Assembly (NCBI GenBank): GCA_051294905.1
Contig: CM119371.1
Location: forward strand, 12,588,001-12,652,000
Source: Botryllus schlosseri
Lineage: Eukaryota
DNA: 64,000 nucleotides
Direction of reading: 5' to 3'
How positions within the stretch are numbered: position 1 is the first letter of the stretch; each line of letters opens with the position of its first letter. Made by a program: the position numbers and the translations under genes. Below are positions 12,717 to 25,926 of this stretch, in pieces. The notes beneath the pieces are model-generated. The model did not search any database and was not told the origin of the DNA. It saw only the letters and a program-made list of their open reading frames with translations.

Positions 12717-15199
12717 CAGTGTTGGGATGACTCGAGTCATGACTTGACTCGAGTCAGACTCGAGTCACCTTTTTCGCATGACTTGACTTGACTCGAGTCA
12801 CTTTGCTAAAATGACTTGACTTGACTTGACTCGGCGTATAAAAAATGTGGATTGACTCGTGACTCGGAGCAAAATTCACGAGTCAATTTCAAGTCATAAA
12901 TTAATCGATGTCGATAAAAATCACTGTATCTTGCATATGTTCGGATTGTTCGCGAAACGCTGGTGTAACCCGTGATAGCGACCAATCATTCAATGATCGT
13001 GCGTTTTACTGAACCTCCATTGTTCTCTCACAAATAGATTGACCACAAACGAAGTGATCGAAGCTTACAGCTTACGTTGTCGTAAACTAGTAGTAAAGTA
13101 ATATAATAGAAAATTATCTACCTTAACCAAAACTCTTGTTTTATTGATTATGAATCCGAATATAGTTTATATCAGGGATATCTAGAAACTTCTAGATATC
13201 CCTGGTTTATATACACCTCAACCATTGGCGCAGGCTCGTATCATATCAATATGTATAAATGGGTAAAGGGTAATGTATTGCATCTTATCAAATCGTTTCT
13301 CTATTCCCCATTTTGGTTGGTAACTATAAACTGAGGCTACGTAAATGTGAGCGATACAGCGCCTTCTTGGGTGTATATAAGGGTAGTCCAAAATTTGGAA
13401 AATCTCCAAAAAGATGCGTATCCATGTCTCATTCTGTACATTATTGATAAAAAACGTCAATGAACTGGAAATAAGCTTACAGGAAAGTCGTTAACATTTG
13501 TCTAAATACGTTTGAAAGTAGCTGCCATAGAACGGCGAGAAGACTAGTAATCACGAAATCACGTCTCTTGATTGGGTAATCAGCTATGCTTCAATGATCA
13601 CGACCACGGCGGTTTGCTGATTATGTGCTTCTACTAGTTCAAGAAGTACGCTGACGGCAATGGTGATTCTGTAAGCGCATTGTTCGTTGGTGATTAAATA
13701 CTAAAATGAGACACTCGGTCGTTGAATGTTTAGTGTTAAAACTAGATAACGATAGGTTCAGAACAACAATACCCTCCATCAGGAATGACAGAGGTGAAAC
13801 AGCGAATGCTTGTGAACTTATAGATCCAAGAAATACCTATCTGATATGATTGAGATTACGCCAAGTGGTCCTGCTTTTCTGGGTGCAGTGAGATGGATTC
13901 TGGACACAATCCCGTATACTCAGAAGATATATGGGCCGACCAGGTAGCTTACATTGGGACTCTAAAAAAATGTAACTACCGCACCGCTTCAATACATTCT
14001 TTATTACGTCCATGTCTGGTTTGATTCAAGCATTAGTCGTGATGCAGCCGGTAATGATCAAAGATTCATTATGGACATGATAAACAATGCGGAAGAACAG
14101 TCTTTTTGCTGGTCCTACTTGCATTGTCTATGCTTGCCTTTAGATCTTCTTCCGGGCCATCATTGAGGACTTAGACAGCACTCGCGGGTATGATTCATTA
14201 TGCTGCAAGAATTTGACAAGTGCCAAGCATAAATTGCTGATTCATACAGCTCGTACAGCTTTTAGGACTTCAACTATATAGGCTACTAAGACAAGATAAG
14301 ATCAGACACAGTAGTGTCAATGTCAAGTTTTATATTGTATTAAATCATGGAACATCCCCTCTGAAACTAGAAGTTCGTTCGCCAATTGCATAAGCGCCAT
14401 TGCAATATTTATTCTCGTGTTTTTGTGCTTCCCTCGATGAAAACAAGGCATACAGGCTACAACGGTTGCCTTCACAATAAGCCATCAAGACATGTATTTA
14501 TAGTTTTTGTGAAGCAGCTGTTCTTTGTTCATCATGTATTTCGTCACTCAACATGTTCTGAATTAATCTTAAATCATTATCTGCGGACCAACCTACAATG
14601 CGCTTACAGAATCACCGCTGTTAGCCGACTCCTTGACCAGCTGATTAGCAAGCCGCCACCGTCGTGATCATTGAAGCATAGCAGATTAGCCAATCAAGCG
14701 CCGTGATTTCGTGATTACTAGACTGCTTGCCGTTCTATGGTCGCTGACACGCCCACTCTACGGCAGCTACTTTCAAACGCATTTAGACAAATGTTAACGA
14801 ATTTCCTGTGAGCTTATTGCAGGTTCATTGACGTTTTTTTTAATCTATAATCTATAAAATTAGACATGGATACGCATAAATTTTGAGATTTTCCAAATTA
14901 TGGACAACCCTAGTGTATATTCATCAATGATCACTCAATCTGTATTTCATAAAGCTAGCAACATGTAATGACGTAATCATGCCTCATACTACGAAAAGGC
15001 AACTTGACTTGAATTTTGACTTGACTCGTGACTTGACTTGACTTGACTCGACTTAACTCGAGTCACCTCCAAAAATCGATTGACTTGACTTGACTCGAGT
15101 CATCTTCGAAAACCGATTGACTTGACTTGACTCGAGTCAAAATGTGCAATGACTTGAAATGACTTGTGACTCGAAGGTAGTGACTTGATCCCAACACTG
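12717..15199 (-). mobile_element. hAT-type MITE, CAGTGTTGGGAT family, carrying a nested insertion
   Basis: TIRs CAGTGTTGGGAT/ATCCCAACACTG; perfect TSD CCTGGAAG; GACTCGAGTC arrays; opposite orientation to the copies at 21025, 23678 and 53344. Confidence 0.95.
13379..14912 (+). mobile_element. Long-TIR DNA transposon remnant, probably hATm-like
   Basis: About 270-bp imperfect TIRs; perfect TSD GTGTATAT; empty site in the 53344 copy; internal relics QVVLLFLGA, RPGSLHW and WFDSSISRDAAGNDQRF recall hATm transposase motifs. Confidence 0.75.
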
Positions 15200-15925
15200 C
15201 CTGGAAGTACCCATTAAAAATGTCGCAGCGGTTTCCATGAGAATCATTATAGAAAGCTATCGCAAGATTAACACAAGTTGAATCCACTCTTTTCTACTCC
15301 AAATTGAATCAATAAGTCCATTACCAATGGTTAAAAATTGAAAAAACGTTTGCTGATGACGTCGCAAAAGGAATGTCATTTATAAGCTACGTATACTGTT
15401 GATATGAACATTGTTCGATATTCAACATCTGGTCAACTTCTTCTGAAGGATATACTTGCCTATTTATTGTGACAGTCAGTTATAGGTCAGTTATAGGTCC
15501 ATCCCAGTACACCCCATCCGAGTGACACACCTTTTAAACATTGTGGTACAAGGCATATACCCTGTGGAAAAGACCTGGTCTTGGGTTAAAAAGACGGCTT
15601 TCAAAATCCTGAAATAATTCAATATTTCTCCGCAATCAAAGCCCTTTCTATTGGCGGATGGATTCAGTGGAAAGTTACTTATAAAAGAAATTCTAGTGTT
15701 AAAACATACATGCATGTGAATGGGAATACCGTGGATAATTCGAAAACTGTTATTCTTCGTTCAAACGTATTCAAATATATGTTCAGATATCTTACCTTCG
15801 TTTTGGCGCAGTAATACATATAATTGTATGCATTTTCATGTAAAAACATTTGATAGTGCACGAATATAACCTATTCATATATTTTCAGTCATCCAACAAA
15901 ATGCGGCTAGGGTAAGTATACGGTG

Positions 15926-17090
15926 TTATTGCTGAAGAATATGCCTCACCAGTCTATTTTCAGTCATCCGGATAATTGCAATGCTAAGTATAGTCGAATC
16001 CGTGTAATGCAGACACCGAATAACCCGGACAGCCCGTTTATTAGGTAAAAATGATCGAGAAAGAAACAAAAGCACGTAAATAATTCTCAATAATAACAAT
16101 TCTCTGCTTAATTCGGACACGGACTCGCATTTCAATTCGATAGTTTATAACAAAATAAACAGCTCTTCCTTCGTGTTATCTCGATACGAGTCATTATGAT
16201 AAAACAATGATGGTCCATGCAATAACAATCGACGATGAACTGACGTAAGATCGTGCCAGCTACAAAGTCGATTTTATTTCGATATAATTGCGTCCTTCTT
16301 GTATAGAAGAATGGCCCAGAAAATGCTGTTTCAGCCCTTGTCGCACTGTACAACTTAAACCCGATATGTGTGTGCAGTGTGCACAGCAATAGAGCTAACA
16401 GTATTTCCTGCATCATTTGGTTCGCAATACTGTATAATTGAATAGTATGTTCATAGTGAAACGAACACAAATATTTTAGGTTGACACTCGGCAGGGGTAA
16501 TCGTCAGCAACTCGTAGAGAATTAGAAAGAACATTGTATATCAACAATCGTATCTCGAAGTATGATATATGTAGAAATATGAGAATTTGTAGCAGAGGTG
16601 AACGTGAGCAATTGGACTTGAGATCCAACGTCGCTCAGCATCCGGCTTTCAACTGTTGAACTTTGAATATCTAGGAAACATCAGAACACGTTCAGAAGTC
16701 ATTGAGCAACCGACTACATACCAGGAAATACAGAAAGGCGCGATTCGCATCGAATCGCAACCGTCTCTCGAAGTCAATAGTAGGCCGGCTGCACACTCGC
16801 AGATACACAATGCGGCGAAATCACTGAAGTACAGGCAAGCTCTGGATAGACTACGTCAAAAGATTCGAGACGATATTTACTATTAGCTGATTCGTCTCCA
16901 TAAATGTGGACTGTATACGGATGATGGGATTTCATTGTGCTCTTTGATGAATATATTTTCCGCATATGTGAGGCCTTTTTAGGACAAATAGCACGTTGTA
17001 CATTATGCCAGGTATAGACCGCAGTTACGACTACTTCTTAGATTTTCTGCAGTACTGACGCAAAATTGTTCCGAATCAATGGCAATAAAT
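15926..17090 (-). pseudogene. Relic coding segments P and Q of unknown repeated unit
   Basis: SHHPYTVHIYGDESANSKYRLESFDV vs SHHPYTIHILGNETANGRYRLEFFEV (about 45200); AGTILxxFIVDCxCMDH and CESVSELSRE shared with 43640-44000. Confidence 0.55.
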
Positions 17091-17167
17091 ATTCTGTTTT
17101 ATGGTCTTTCTAGTGAGCTATTACAAATATTTATTACGTATGTCATTTGACTTTTAATATTATATAG

Positions 17168-18473
17168 TAGGGATGGTGTGAACGTGAGGTTCACGTTCGC
17201 GTTCTGTGTGTGAACCTCGGAAATTTAGAGGTTCGCGTTCACAACAGAACCTTGGTAGGTTCTGCACTGTGAACCTTTTTCATATATTACAATTTTCACT
17301 TCATTATAACATCTTTGGTTCAAATTATTGCATTTCAACTGCGGGACACTCTACGCATGGCGCTGGCAGCAATAAAAATCAACACTAAACGAGCATGCAC
17401 CTTGACAATCTCAAAAGCTTTACTTGCTTTGTTACAAAAGTTTGCACGAAATATCCAGCTTTCCGTTTGTGAATATTTAGTGACTCTCTGCTGTGAGCTT
17501 GACCCGCAATCACACAATATCACGAGCGAAATACGTAGTCAGCAAATGATGCTTATTCTTGACTTCATATCTTTACTGCATCATCAATACCAAATCCGTG
17601 CGATTGAGGTGTTGGCTACTGGCTACTGAGGTGTTGGCTAACTTGTTAATGGGGTAATATCGGTAGCAGGTATAGGAACCCGTTTTACACTCTGCTCAAT
17701 ATCAATGTAGCAATACTCAGACGCCGGTCTGGCCTAGACCGTTAAGGCGTAAGCTTATATTCCCTGGTAAGCCTTCGTCGAAATTGTTGGCAAAGCGACG
17801 GAAGATGTTGATTGTATGGGAGTATTATATCCTTTGATTGCCTCAGTTGATACATTTCGCGACGTTTAAAACGCCAATATGTACTTCAGCATTGTGGCAT
17901 TATGTGGCCCGAGTCGTCGCTAGGTATCGCGTACATTAATATAGGCCAGTGGTTCCCAACGTGGGCGATATCGCCCACCAGGGGACGATTTGGTGGTCTA
18001 GGGGGGGGGGGCGAAAATGACGAAGGGGGCGAAAATAGACAAAGGGGGCGACGGGGGGGGGGCGAAAATAGCGAAGGGGGCGATAGGGGGGCGATGACGC
18101 GTCAAAACGGCTGACCTTTTTTTTCTGTCAACCCACAGAAATTTAGTTCAAAAGTGTGTCAAATTAGACATCGAGCTGAAAATTTGACCTTTTTTTTTTA
18201 GTCAACCCGCCGGTGATTACAGTTTGTATGCCCAATTTTCGGTTCACAAAATTTGGGGGGAGATGATCGGGGTTGACCTTGAAAAGGGGGCGATGGGTCG
18301 AAAAAGGTTTGAAACCACTGATATAGGCTATAACTTCATTGAAAGATATGGTTGGAATTAGCAATATGACGTCACGTGACGTCATGAGGTTCACGTTCGC
18401 GTTCACACAGAACCTTTTAAAAAGTTTCGCGTTCACACGAACCTGAACCTTTCAGAGGTTCACACCATCCCTA
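17168..18473. mobile_element. MITE, TAGGGATGGTGTGAAC family, full length
   Basis: TIRs TAGGGATGGTGTGAAC / GTTCACACCATCCCTA; TSD TTATATAG/TTATAAAG. Confidence 0.9.
17947..18320. mobile_element. G-rich hAT MITE nested in the previous element
   Basis: CAGTGGTTCCCAAC ... GTTTGAAACCACTG; perfect TSD ATATAGGC; GGGGGCGA repeats. Confidence 0.9.
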
Positions 18474-18496
18474 TTATAAAGTGATTTCAGTTAGAC

Positions 18497-19250
18497 CAGT
18501 GGTTCCCAATCTTTTTTGCATCATTCCCAACTTATGATTTTTTTTTTCGGGTCTTCATTCCCCACTACCTGAAATCCCGCAATATAACCGGTAAAATGCT
18601 TCCTCCTATAAAATTTGGTAATACTTTGTTTCGTAAGAACTTCGTATTGGTGCAAGTAATGACCAGCCAGAACTAATAGTGGCCGCCAGTGTAAAGAAAA
18701 CAGTTACTCGTATTAGTCATAATTCGAGTCGAGTCGATCGATTTTTCTATATGGTTGTAGTTTGTTTTAAATTTAAACCTAAGCCCTTGGTATCTTCTAC
18801 GCCCTATTAAACGTCCACTTGTGAATTTATCCAAGTGGACGTTAAATAGGGCGTGGAAGCTACCAAGGTCTTACGTTTATAAATATCGTCTGCTATCGGC
18901 GCAACAACGCTTTTAACTTTAATCACTACGTTTTATCGAACTTTAGGCTCACCAAAGAGATATTACGGATGTCACGGGCAAGCCATTTGAATATTTGAGT
19001 ACACCTCGAATATCCCTGGGACGTTAGACAGCAGACTTAACGCAATCGCTTTTTCTGAACTATCTGAAACTTTTTGTGGACCCGCAAAATTCTGCGCAAG
19101 CTTTATTTCCCGTCATACTGCTCGTCTTCAACGTGTTTGTGACCACAATATTGGTTATCCACTTTTTGTGAACAACACACAATAAAATTAGCGGCGCCCA
19201 CAGCTCAGACCCGTGGACTAGTAACCACCAACTAGTGAAGTTTCAGCCTT
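18497..19250. mobile_element. hAT MITE, truncated; positional paralog of 48994-50620
   Basis: CAGTGGTTCCCAA start preceded by AGTTAGAC; internal homology to 48994-50490. Confidence 0.75.
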
Positions 19251-19580
19251 TCCAAATTAGATTAAAATTCGAATTAGAGCTACACACTTTTCCAAATTAG
19301 ATTAGAATTAGAATTAGAGCTACACAGCTTTTTCCAAATTAGATTAAAATTAGAATTAGAGCTACACACTTTTCCAAATTAGATTAGAATTAGAATTAGA
19401 GCTACACAGCTTTTTCCAAATTAGATTAAAATTAGAATTAGAGCTACACACTTTTCCAAATTAGATTAGAATTAGAATTAGAGCTACACAGCTTTTTCCA
19501 AATTAGATTAGAATTAGAGCTACACATGTTTAAAAAAAATTAGATTAAAATTAGATTTACTGAACTCGCTACAATTTGGA
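19250..19580. repeat. Minisatellite with alternating 40/42-bp units
   Basis: CCAAATTAG starts at 19252, 19292, 19334, 19374, 19416, 19456 and 19498. Confidence 0.95.
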
Positions 19581-20179
19581 AATTGATTTAAATTGCATTC
19601 CCATAACCATGAAACTGGTTAACGTCTGTCCGTGTCTGTCGGTCTGGCTCAATTTTTACTATACCAGGGGTCACCGCAATCGCAGCCGGTTATTTGATTT
19701 GAGGTTTAAGAAATCCACGAAATAAAGCATTTTGAAATGCTAAAACTGATTTCTGTTTCAAATTATCGCTATTGTTTCAAAATAAGCTATTCGCCTGTGC
19801 CCAACGACACTATTCTACACTAGATGAAACGGTTTCGATGGTAACAGCATTCCATCGACGGAGAGTCAGCTGATATCAATAAGCATATTGACTTGGCGTG
19901 CAATGGCCCAGACAGACACGCTTAGAAAACGGCGTAAGACGTCCCTACAAGATATAGTTCAAAATAAAATGACGTTTAAGATCATGATATTTCCAAGTCT
20001 GCTGGTAACCGTAATCGTGGTGTTACACCTCCGTATATACTGTATGCATTTATTTAGCAAGTGCGTGAGTTCTCCAAAAGAAACCCATGCAATATTTAGA
20101 AGTGTGGAATTCCCCATCGTTTGGTAACCACTGAGTTGGACCATAGTGTCCTATATGGTGAGCACGCAAGCAAATCTCA

Positions 20180-20980
20180 CGGCTCAGTGAAATTGGTCTA
20201 CGTCAGACTTTCCATTTTGCTAAAGGCAATTTGACGGTAATTTTTGACTGGCTATTGTAAAGCGCGAAATTTGACAAAACGGGTATCAATCGAAAGTTAC
20301 CGCGGTACCGAATGTGAAAATATATATTTTATTCTGCTCGTGGTTCTGGAACCCCCTAAAATCAATCTCGAATGTTGCATTGTAACAGAGTTTGGTATTG
20401 TGTTTGTTGTTTCTGCTATTTGCTATATTCATGGTGTTTGTCGACAACTATGGTCATTTGCACCAGGCTATATTCCTTATTTTTTTGATTCCGTATCTGC
20501 CGACTTGTAGCACGGCCCACTTCTAGACTTTTTGTTAGACACCGCTTACGCGTATGAGATGGCGAGGAGGAGCCTAGATAAACCTCTGTCGGACTCGATC
20601 CCACAATGCATCGGTGTTGTAGCAGTTGTAGCCGCCTGGGAGCAGGTGAGAGGCAGCGCAAACCGTAAGTGTATTGGCCGTTGTTACGCAACCAATTAGG
20701 CATTCACATTCTCACTGTCGTGCGCACTTGCTCCTATGCTACTCAGACGGCATGGTTGCGTCGCAATACCAAACTCCGTTACAATGCAGCATTTGAGGCT
20801 GATTTCGGGGGTTTCCAGGACCAGGGGCAGAATATAATTTATATTTTCGCAATCAATACCGCGGTAGCTTACGATTATTACCCGTTTTTCACATTTCGCG
20901 CTTGGCAAGCCGGTCATAAATTACCGTCAAATTGCCTTTAGCCAAATGGAAAGTGTTACGTAGACAAATTTTACTGACCG
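20180..20980. mobile_element. Foldback-like element with about 220-bp TIRs
   Basis: 20180-20400 is the diverged reverse complement of 20764-20980. Confidence 0.8.
20401..20680 (-). mobile_element. SINE family A copy
   Basis: Shares body and 3' GACCATAG hairpin with 49393-50039; degenerate B-box GATCGAGTCC; CAAA-rich tail. Confidence 0.7.
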
Positions 20981-21024
20981 GAAAACCGCCCGGCCTGCGA
21001 TGGGATTTTGAGCGGCCCGCAGAC

Positions 21025-22023
21025 CAGTGTTGGGATCAAGTCACTACCTTCGAGTCACGAGTCATATCGAGTCATTGCAGATTTACATTCGAGTCAAATC
21101 AAGTCTATCGATTTTCCAACGTGACTCGAGTCAAGTCAAGTCACTATTGTTTTTTAAAGGTGACTCGAGTCAAGTCGAGTCAAGTCGAGTCAAGTCGAGT
21201 CAAGTCGAGTCAAGTCGAGTCAAGTCGAGTCAAGTCGAGTCAAGTCACGAGTCAGGTCACAATTCAAGTCAAATTGAATTTTTAAAGCATGAATGATGAT
21301 TCAAAGTCATTACATTTTGCTAGCTGTGTGAAAGACAGATTAATTGATTATTGATCTTGGATCAAATAACGAATATCTAGTTGAATACACATGCAAAAAA
21401 ACGTTGGTAATCAAATACGTGAGTAACTGTACAGCTACATGCTAAAGGTCGTTATTATCAGCCAAAATATACGACCTAATGCGAAGCTTTGAGAAGTTGA
21501 AACAAATTAATATGGTACAATAGCCCATATACTACCCATCTACACATCCTTGAGAATATAAATGCCCAAACTATATTTGTTCGATTTAAATCATACAAGA
21601 GGGTTGGTAAATGTGAGCACCGCGCAACGTAAGCATTGAGCCGTCTAAGAAACAGACACATTTGCTATTTAGATTAATCTACTACTACTACTTCGACAAC
21701 GTAAGCTGTGATCGTTTAGTTCGCGGTCAATATATTTGTGACCTAGCAATGGAGGATCAGTGTAACGTACAATCAGTGACTGACTGGTTGCTCGTACAAG
21801 TGACACCGTCGTATCTCCAGCAATCCGAACATACACAAGATACAGTGATTTATTCGACACCGTATACTTGATGACTTGAAATTGACTCGTAAATTTCACT
21901 CCCAGTCACGAGTCAATGCACATTTTTGAAGCTCCGAGTCAAGTCAAGTTGAGTCATTTTTCCAAAGTGACCCGAGTCAAGTCAAGTCATACGAAGAAGT
22001 TGACTCGAGTCAACCCAACACTT
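21025..22023 (+). mobile_element. hAT-type MITE, CAGTGTTGGGAT family
   Basis: Perfect TSD CCGCAGAC; (CAAGTCGAGT)n expansion at about 21165-21245. Confidence 0.93.
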
Positions 22024-22301
22024 CCGCAGACAGATTCCGGTCTTATACGATAATGTGGCCCAGTGCCACTGTCCGCTATAATCCCACACCATATGCGAAC
22101 TAAGTCAAATTATAGTGACTGCAGGTTACTCTCAAGCTCTTTATTTTCGGGTTTAGTCACGTGACAAGCATGTTATGTTACGCCACAAAAGGCCTTTCCA
22201 TTTTTGTATCAGACTGATACCTTGCCTCAAGCCGTAAAAAAGGTCAAAAATTGAAAGTGAAATTTGGGCTGATTAGTTTTATATTTAAACGTGGATCAAA
22301 T

Positions 22302-22444
22302 TTTCGACCATGATCCTTAACAAGACGGAGCGGCGTTCAAGTTTAACTGATGTTAACGTGCCGTCTTTACTGAGAGTATCTACGCCCGACATGCATAGCT
22401 CAAAGAGCTTGTTGACAACTTTGATCGACCACAGATGTCTCATT
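22302..22444 (+). pseudogene. SPIN/GTF2IRD2-type hAT transposase C-terminal relic
   Basis: FSTMILNKTERRSSLTDVNVPSLLRVSTPD...ELVDNFDRPQMSH; second copy at about 6430-6600. Confidence 0.65.
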
Positions 22445-23677
22445 ACCTTCAGCGGCTAATGAAATAGGCCTACTATACATTAATAAATTCACTGAATACC
22501 GTTTTGGTCTCTATGCTTTAGAGTTCAAACGTAAAGTGTAGAGGAGACTGGGGAAAATGTAACTAGTGGCAAATGTAACAATCGAGCTCAACGCTAGTAG
22601 GGTGAAGAAATCGCACTGATATTTTGAGTGCGCATGCGCTGGCTATTGCTTCTAAAACACCTGAAGTTACGTTGAGCTTCGATGCGAAACTATGAAATAA
22701 TGTTTTTTTTTAAGCTTTACACTTGAGTAAATATTTTCTGGTCTTGACTAATTTGTTCAGAAGACCTCAAGTGGTCACAACGTAATATATTTCGCTGCAA
22801 CAATGTTACCATAGTCTACTTAAGAGGTCTCAAACATGCGGCCCGCCAGAGCATTTTGTGCGGTCCGCGACGGCATTTTGGAATTTCAAGTATCCTACAA
22901 TATATTCAAGTGCCACATATCTTTTTTTGATATAAGAAGATAAAGTTCACCCAAAAACTATCACTGAAATCTCAACAAACTTCACATCACTTTTAAAAGC
23001 TACCATGCGGTAGAAGGTCAGCTATTACGTCACATTTCTAGTTCGTTATGATAAAACATGACCCGTTGATGATTCATGACTAAAAATTGTGATTTGGTTT
23101 GGTGCGACCCTCTCGTAAAATTACTCGATTTCGGAATGACTGGACGATTTAATAAAAATTACTCGAGTTGAATCGGTTCAGACGTTAAAATCAGATAAAG
23201 ACTTGCGACGACTCGGAATGGTGACTTGGTAATCCTACGGACGCAACAATCTATGAAACGGTCATGGGGAATAGTACCATATCAAAAGGTCGTATAGCTT
23301 GCGATAGCTATCTAATCAGGTCAGTATGACCACCATTGGCATACTGTGACCCCCGTGACGTATAGTTGCTTACTGGCTGGGTATTGTTTGTTGTCATTAT
23401 CCATGTTATTATCGGTGGCGAGTAAGGTACGAGCGCTCTACAGCTCTAAAACCAATAAATTCTTCGCCGATTGGACATTTCTCTTTCAAGGATTCTTAAC
23501 CAGGGTCAGTAGGCCCCATCGGAGTATGAAGCACCACATCAGGGTGTACGAGATGCATTGTGGAATTAGGCTTCTATGCTGGGGAATATTTTCTTGGCCA
23601 ATTTATTTAACTAGAAAATAGCCTTCTCGCTACGCGCGATTTTATGTGAAAAGGCTTTCTGATTTTAATATAGGTAC

Positions 23678-25926
23678 CAGTGTTGGGATCAAGTCACTAC
23701 CTTCGAGTCACGAGTCATCTCGAGTCATTGCACATTTTGACTCGAGTCAAGTCAAGTCAATCGATTTTCAAAGGTGACTCGAGTCGAGTCAAGTCACTCG
23801 TTTTTTGGAGGTGACTCGAGTCAAGTCGAGTCAAGTCAAGTCAAGTCACGAGTCAAGTCACGATTCAAGTCAAATCGAATTTTCGAAGTAAGAGGGATGA
23901 TGCAAAGTCATTACATTTTGCTGAGTAGGTGAAGGACAGACGAAGTGGCCTTTATCTTGAATCAAATAACGAATATAAAGTTAAATATACATGCAAAAAG
24001 GTATTGAACTGCTAATAAAATACGTGAGTGACTGTATAGCTTCATGCTACAATCTGCTATTATGAGGATCAGCCAATTTAGAGGATCGAATACGAAGCCT
24101 CCAGAAGATGAACAAATTTATGTGGTACAATACACTACCATCCCACCAAAACATTCATGAGAATATAAACGCATAAACCAGGGGTTCTCAACCCGCGGGC
24201 CGCATGCGCCCCGCAGACGCTTTTTCTGTGGCCCGCGAGATCTTTCAATATGATCGCAATTATTACCGGCACAGTTATGTTGTATACTGTATCAATTTAG
24301 CTACTAAAGCTCTCTTATCGCCCCGTCTCTGTTTCGTTTGATTTATTCTCATTCTTCAATGTTTTCTGGTTTCTTGATATATGGTCCAGTTTAGATTCTC
24401 ATTGTTCTGAATAGGTCTTCGGACAGTTCCATTTCGAGTAACACATATCACCCGATCTTAGAAAAAAGCGTTGCTAGCTAGGTCTCAGGCTAAGCAATCC
24501 ATATTTTGAGGCATTGTTGAGATTGCCGACGACGTTAAAAATGCATGGTTCAAAATTGCTTGGTGTATCGCTAAACCCACGAAATCTGTTAGAGAAGGTG
24601 TTTCTCCAACAAAACGTTACTATAATGTGCGAATCTCCGCTGTTTCCGGAATTTAGCAGCAAGGACAACTTCATTTCGAATTTCGAAGCTGCCGTTGTCT
24701 GATTCAACCGTGACAAGAAGTGTAACAGCAATGTCAGTTAATCTTTCGTCGCATGTTTTGAAACGCGTTGCCCCGTAGACTACTTTAACCTAGCATTGGA
24801 CAAATCTACGGACATTGCAACGCTAATTGTATTGAGGTATTCTATCAGAGTGGATATATTTGTAGACGTAATGCTGGATGGGCAAACGTGGGGAGAGGGG
24901 ACTAGCAAACAACATCAACTTAATTACAAAGCTGACTTCTGTAACTATTGGTGCAGGGCATCAGCCATGGAAGGAAAGGAGAATGGTTGATTGGTTTGCT
25001 CAGAAATTACCCCGGACATGAGACTTCTTCTCATATCACTGAGAGTCCAAAGTGACAATGGTCTCTGTAAAGAAAAAGTTACCGTAGTTTTATACTTGCT
25101 AGCTCACGCATTGAAACAGAGAGTTCAGTTCTCTGGTGCAAGGGTTTGAAGGTGCACATACCGACTTGGGAACGAATGCAATGCGCGCTTCATGAAGGGA
25201 TTTATTGTTCCTTCGGAAGATGACACAATTTCACTAGAAACAGCAACTAAAAGCTTACGAACGCTGTCCATTATGCTGTAGAATGCATACAAACTAAATG
25301 CCCTTACACGACTGGTAAATAGGCTATATTAGCCTAAATATAATAGTATAGTCCACGAATATACGGTAGTAATGTTCTGCGGCCCGCAGCGCTTTTTGCT
25401 GTTAAAATGCGGCCCGTTACGCAAGGAAAGTTGAGAACCCCTGGCATAAACTATATTCGTCTGATTTAAATCATACACGAGTGTTGGTAAAGGTAAGCAC
25501 TACGCAATGTAAGAACTGAGCTGTATAAGAAACAAAGATACGTTGCTATTAGATTTCTACTGCTACTACGACAACGTAAACTGTGATCGTTGCGTTTGCG
25601 GTCAATTTGTTTGTGATGTCACAATGGAGTATCAGTGAAACGTACAAGCAGTGAATTACTGGTTGCTCTCACAAGTGACACCGGCGTATCGCGAACAAAC
25701 CAAACGTACACAAGATAGGTTGATTTAATCGACATCGTTTACTTAATGACTTGAAATTGACTCGTAAATTTTGCTCCGAGTCACGAGTCAAACCACATTT
25801 TTGAGGCGCCAAGTCAAGTCAAGTCAAGTCATTTTTGCAAAGTGACTCGAGTCAAGTCAAGTCATAAGAAAAAGTTGACTCGAGTCTGACTCGAGTCAAG
25901 TCATGACTCGAGTCATCCCAACACTG
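23678..25926 (+). mobile_element. hAT-type MITE, CAGTGTTGGGAT family
   Basis: Intact TIRs; TSD ATAGGTAC/GTAGGTAC; sits inside a degenerate GGGGTACG-type MITE (about 23487-26026). Confidence 0.93.
24179..25443. mobile_element. hAT non-autonomous element
   Basis: Perfect TIRs CAGGGGTTCTCAAC/GTTGAGAACCCCTG; perfect TSD GCATAAAC; single site in the 21025 copy. Confidence 0.93.

Noticed and set aside
17050..17095. DEDD exonuclease motif (IAIDSE) in segment P
   Set aside because: Single short motif; the paralog reads IAIESE and no other Exo motifs were identified
19250..19580. CRISPR-like array
   Set aside because: Units are contiguous with no unique spacers, no cas genes are present, and the context is eukaryotic
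20555..20580. HDV-like ribozyme suggested by CTCCTCG in SINE A
   Set aside because: Could not form the P3, P1 and P1.1 pairings by eye
20932..21296. ORFs with SSQVESSRVK repeats
   Set aside because: Translation of the MITE 10-bp microsatellite
24400..24731. BEL/Pao integrase tail (RVICVTRNGTVRRPIQ, minus strand)
   Set aside because: Only a short resemblance; upstream conserved residues and LTRs not found
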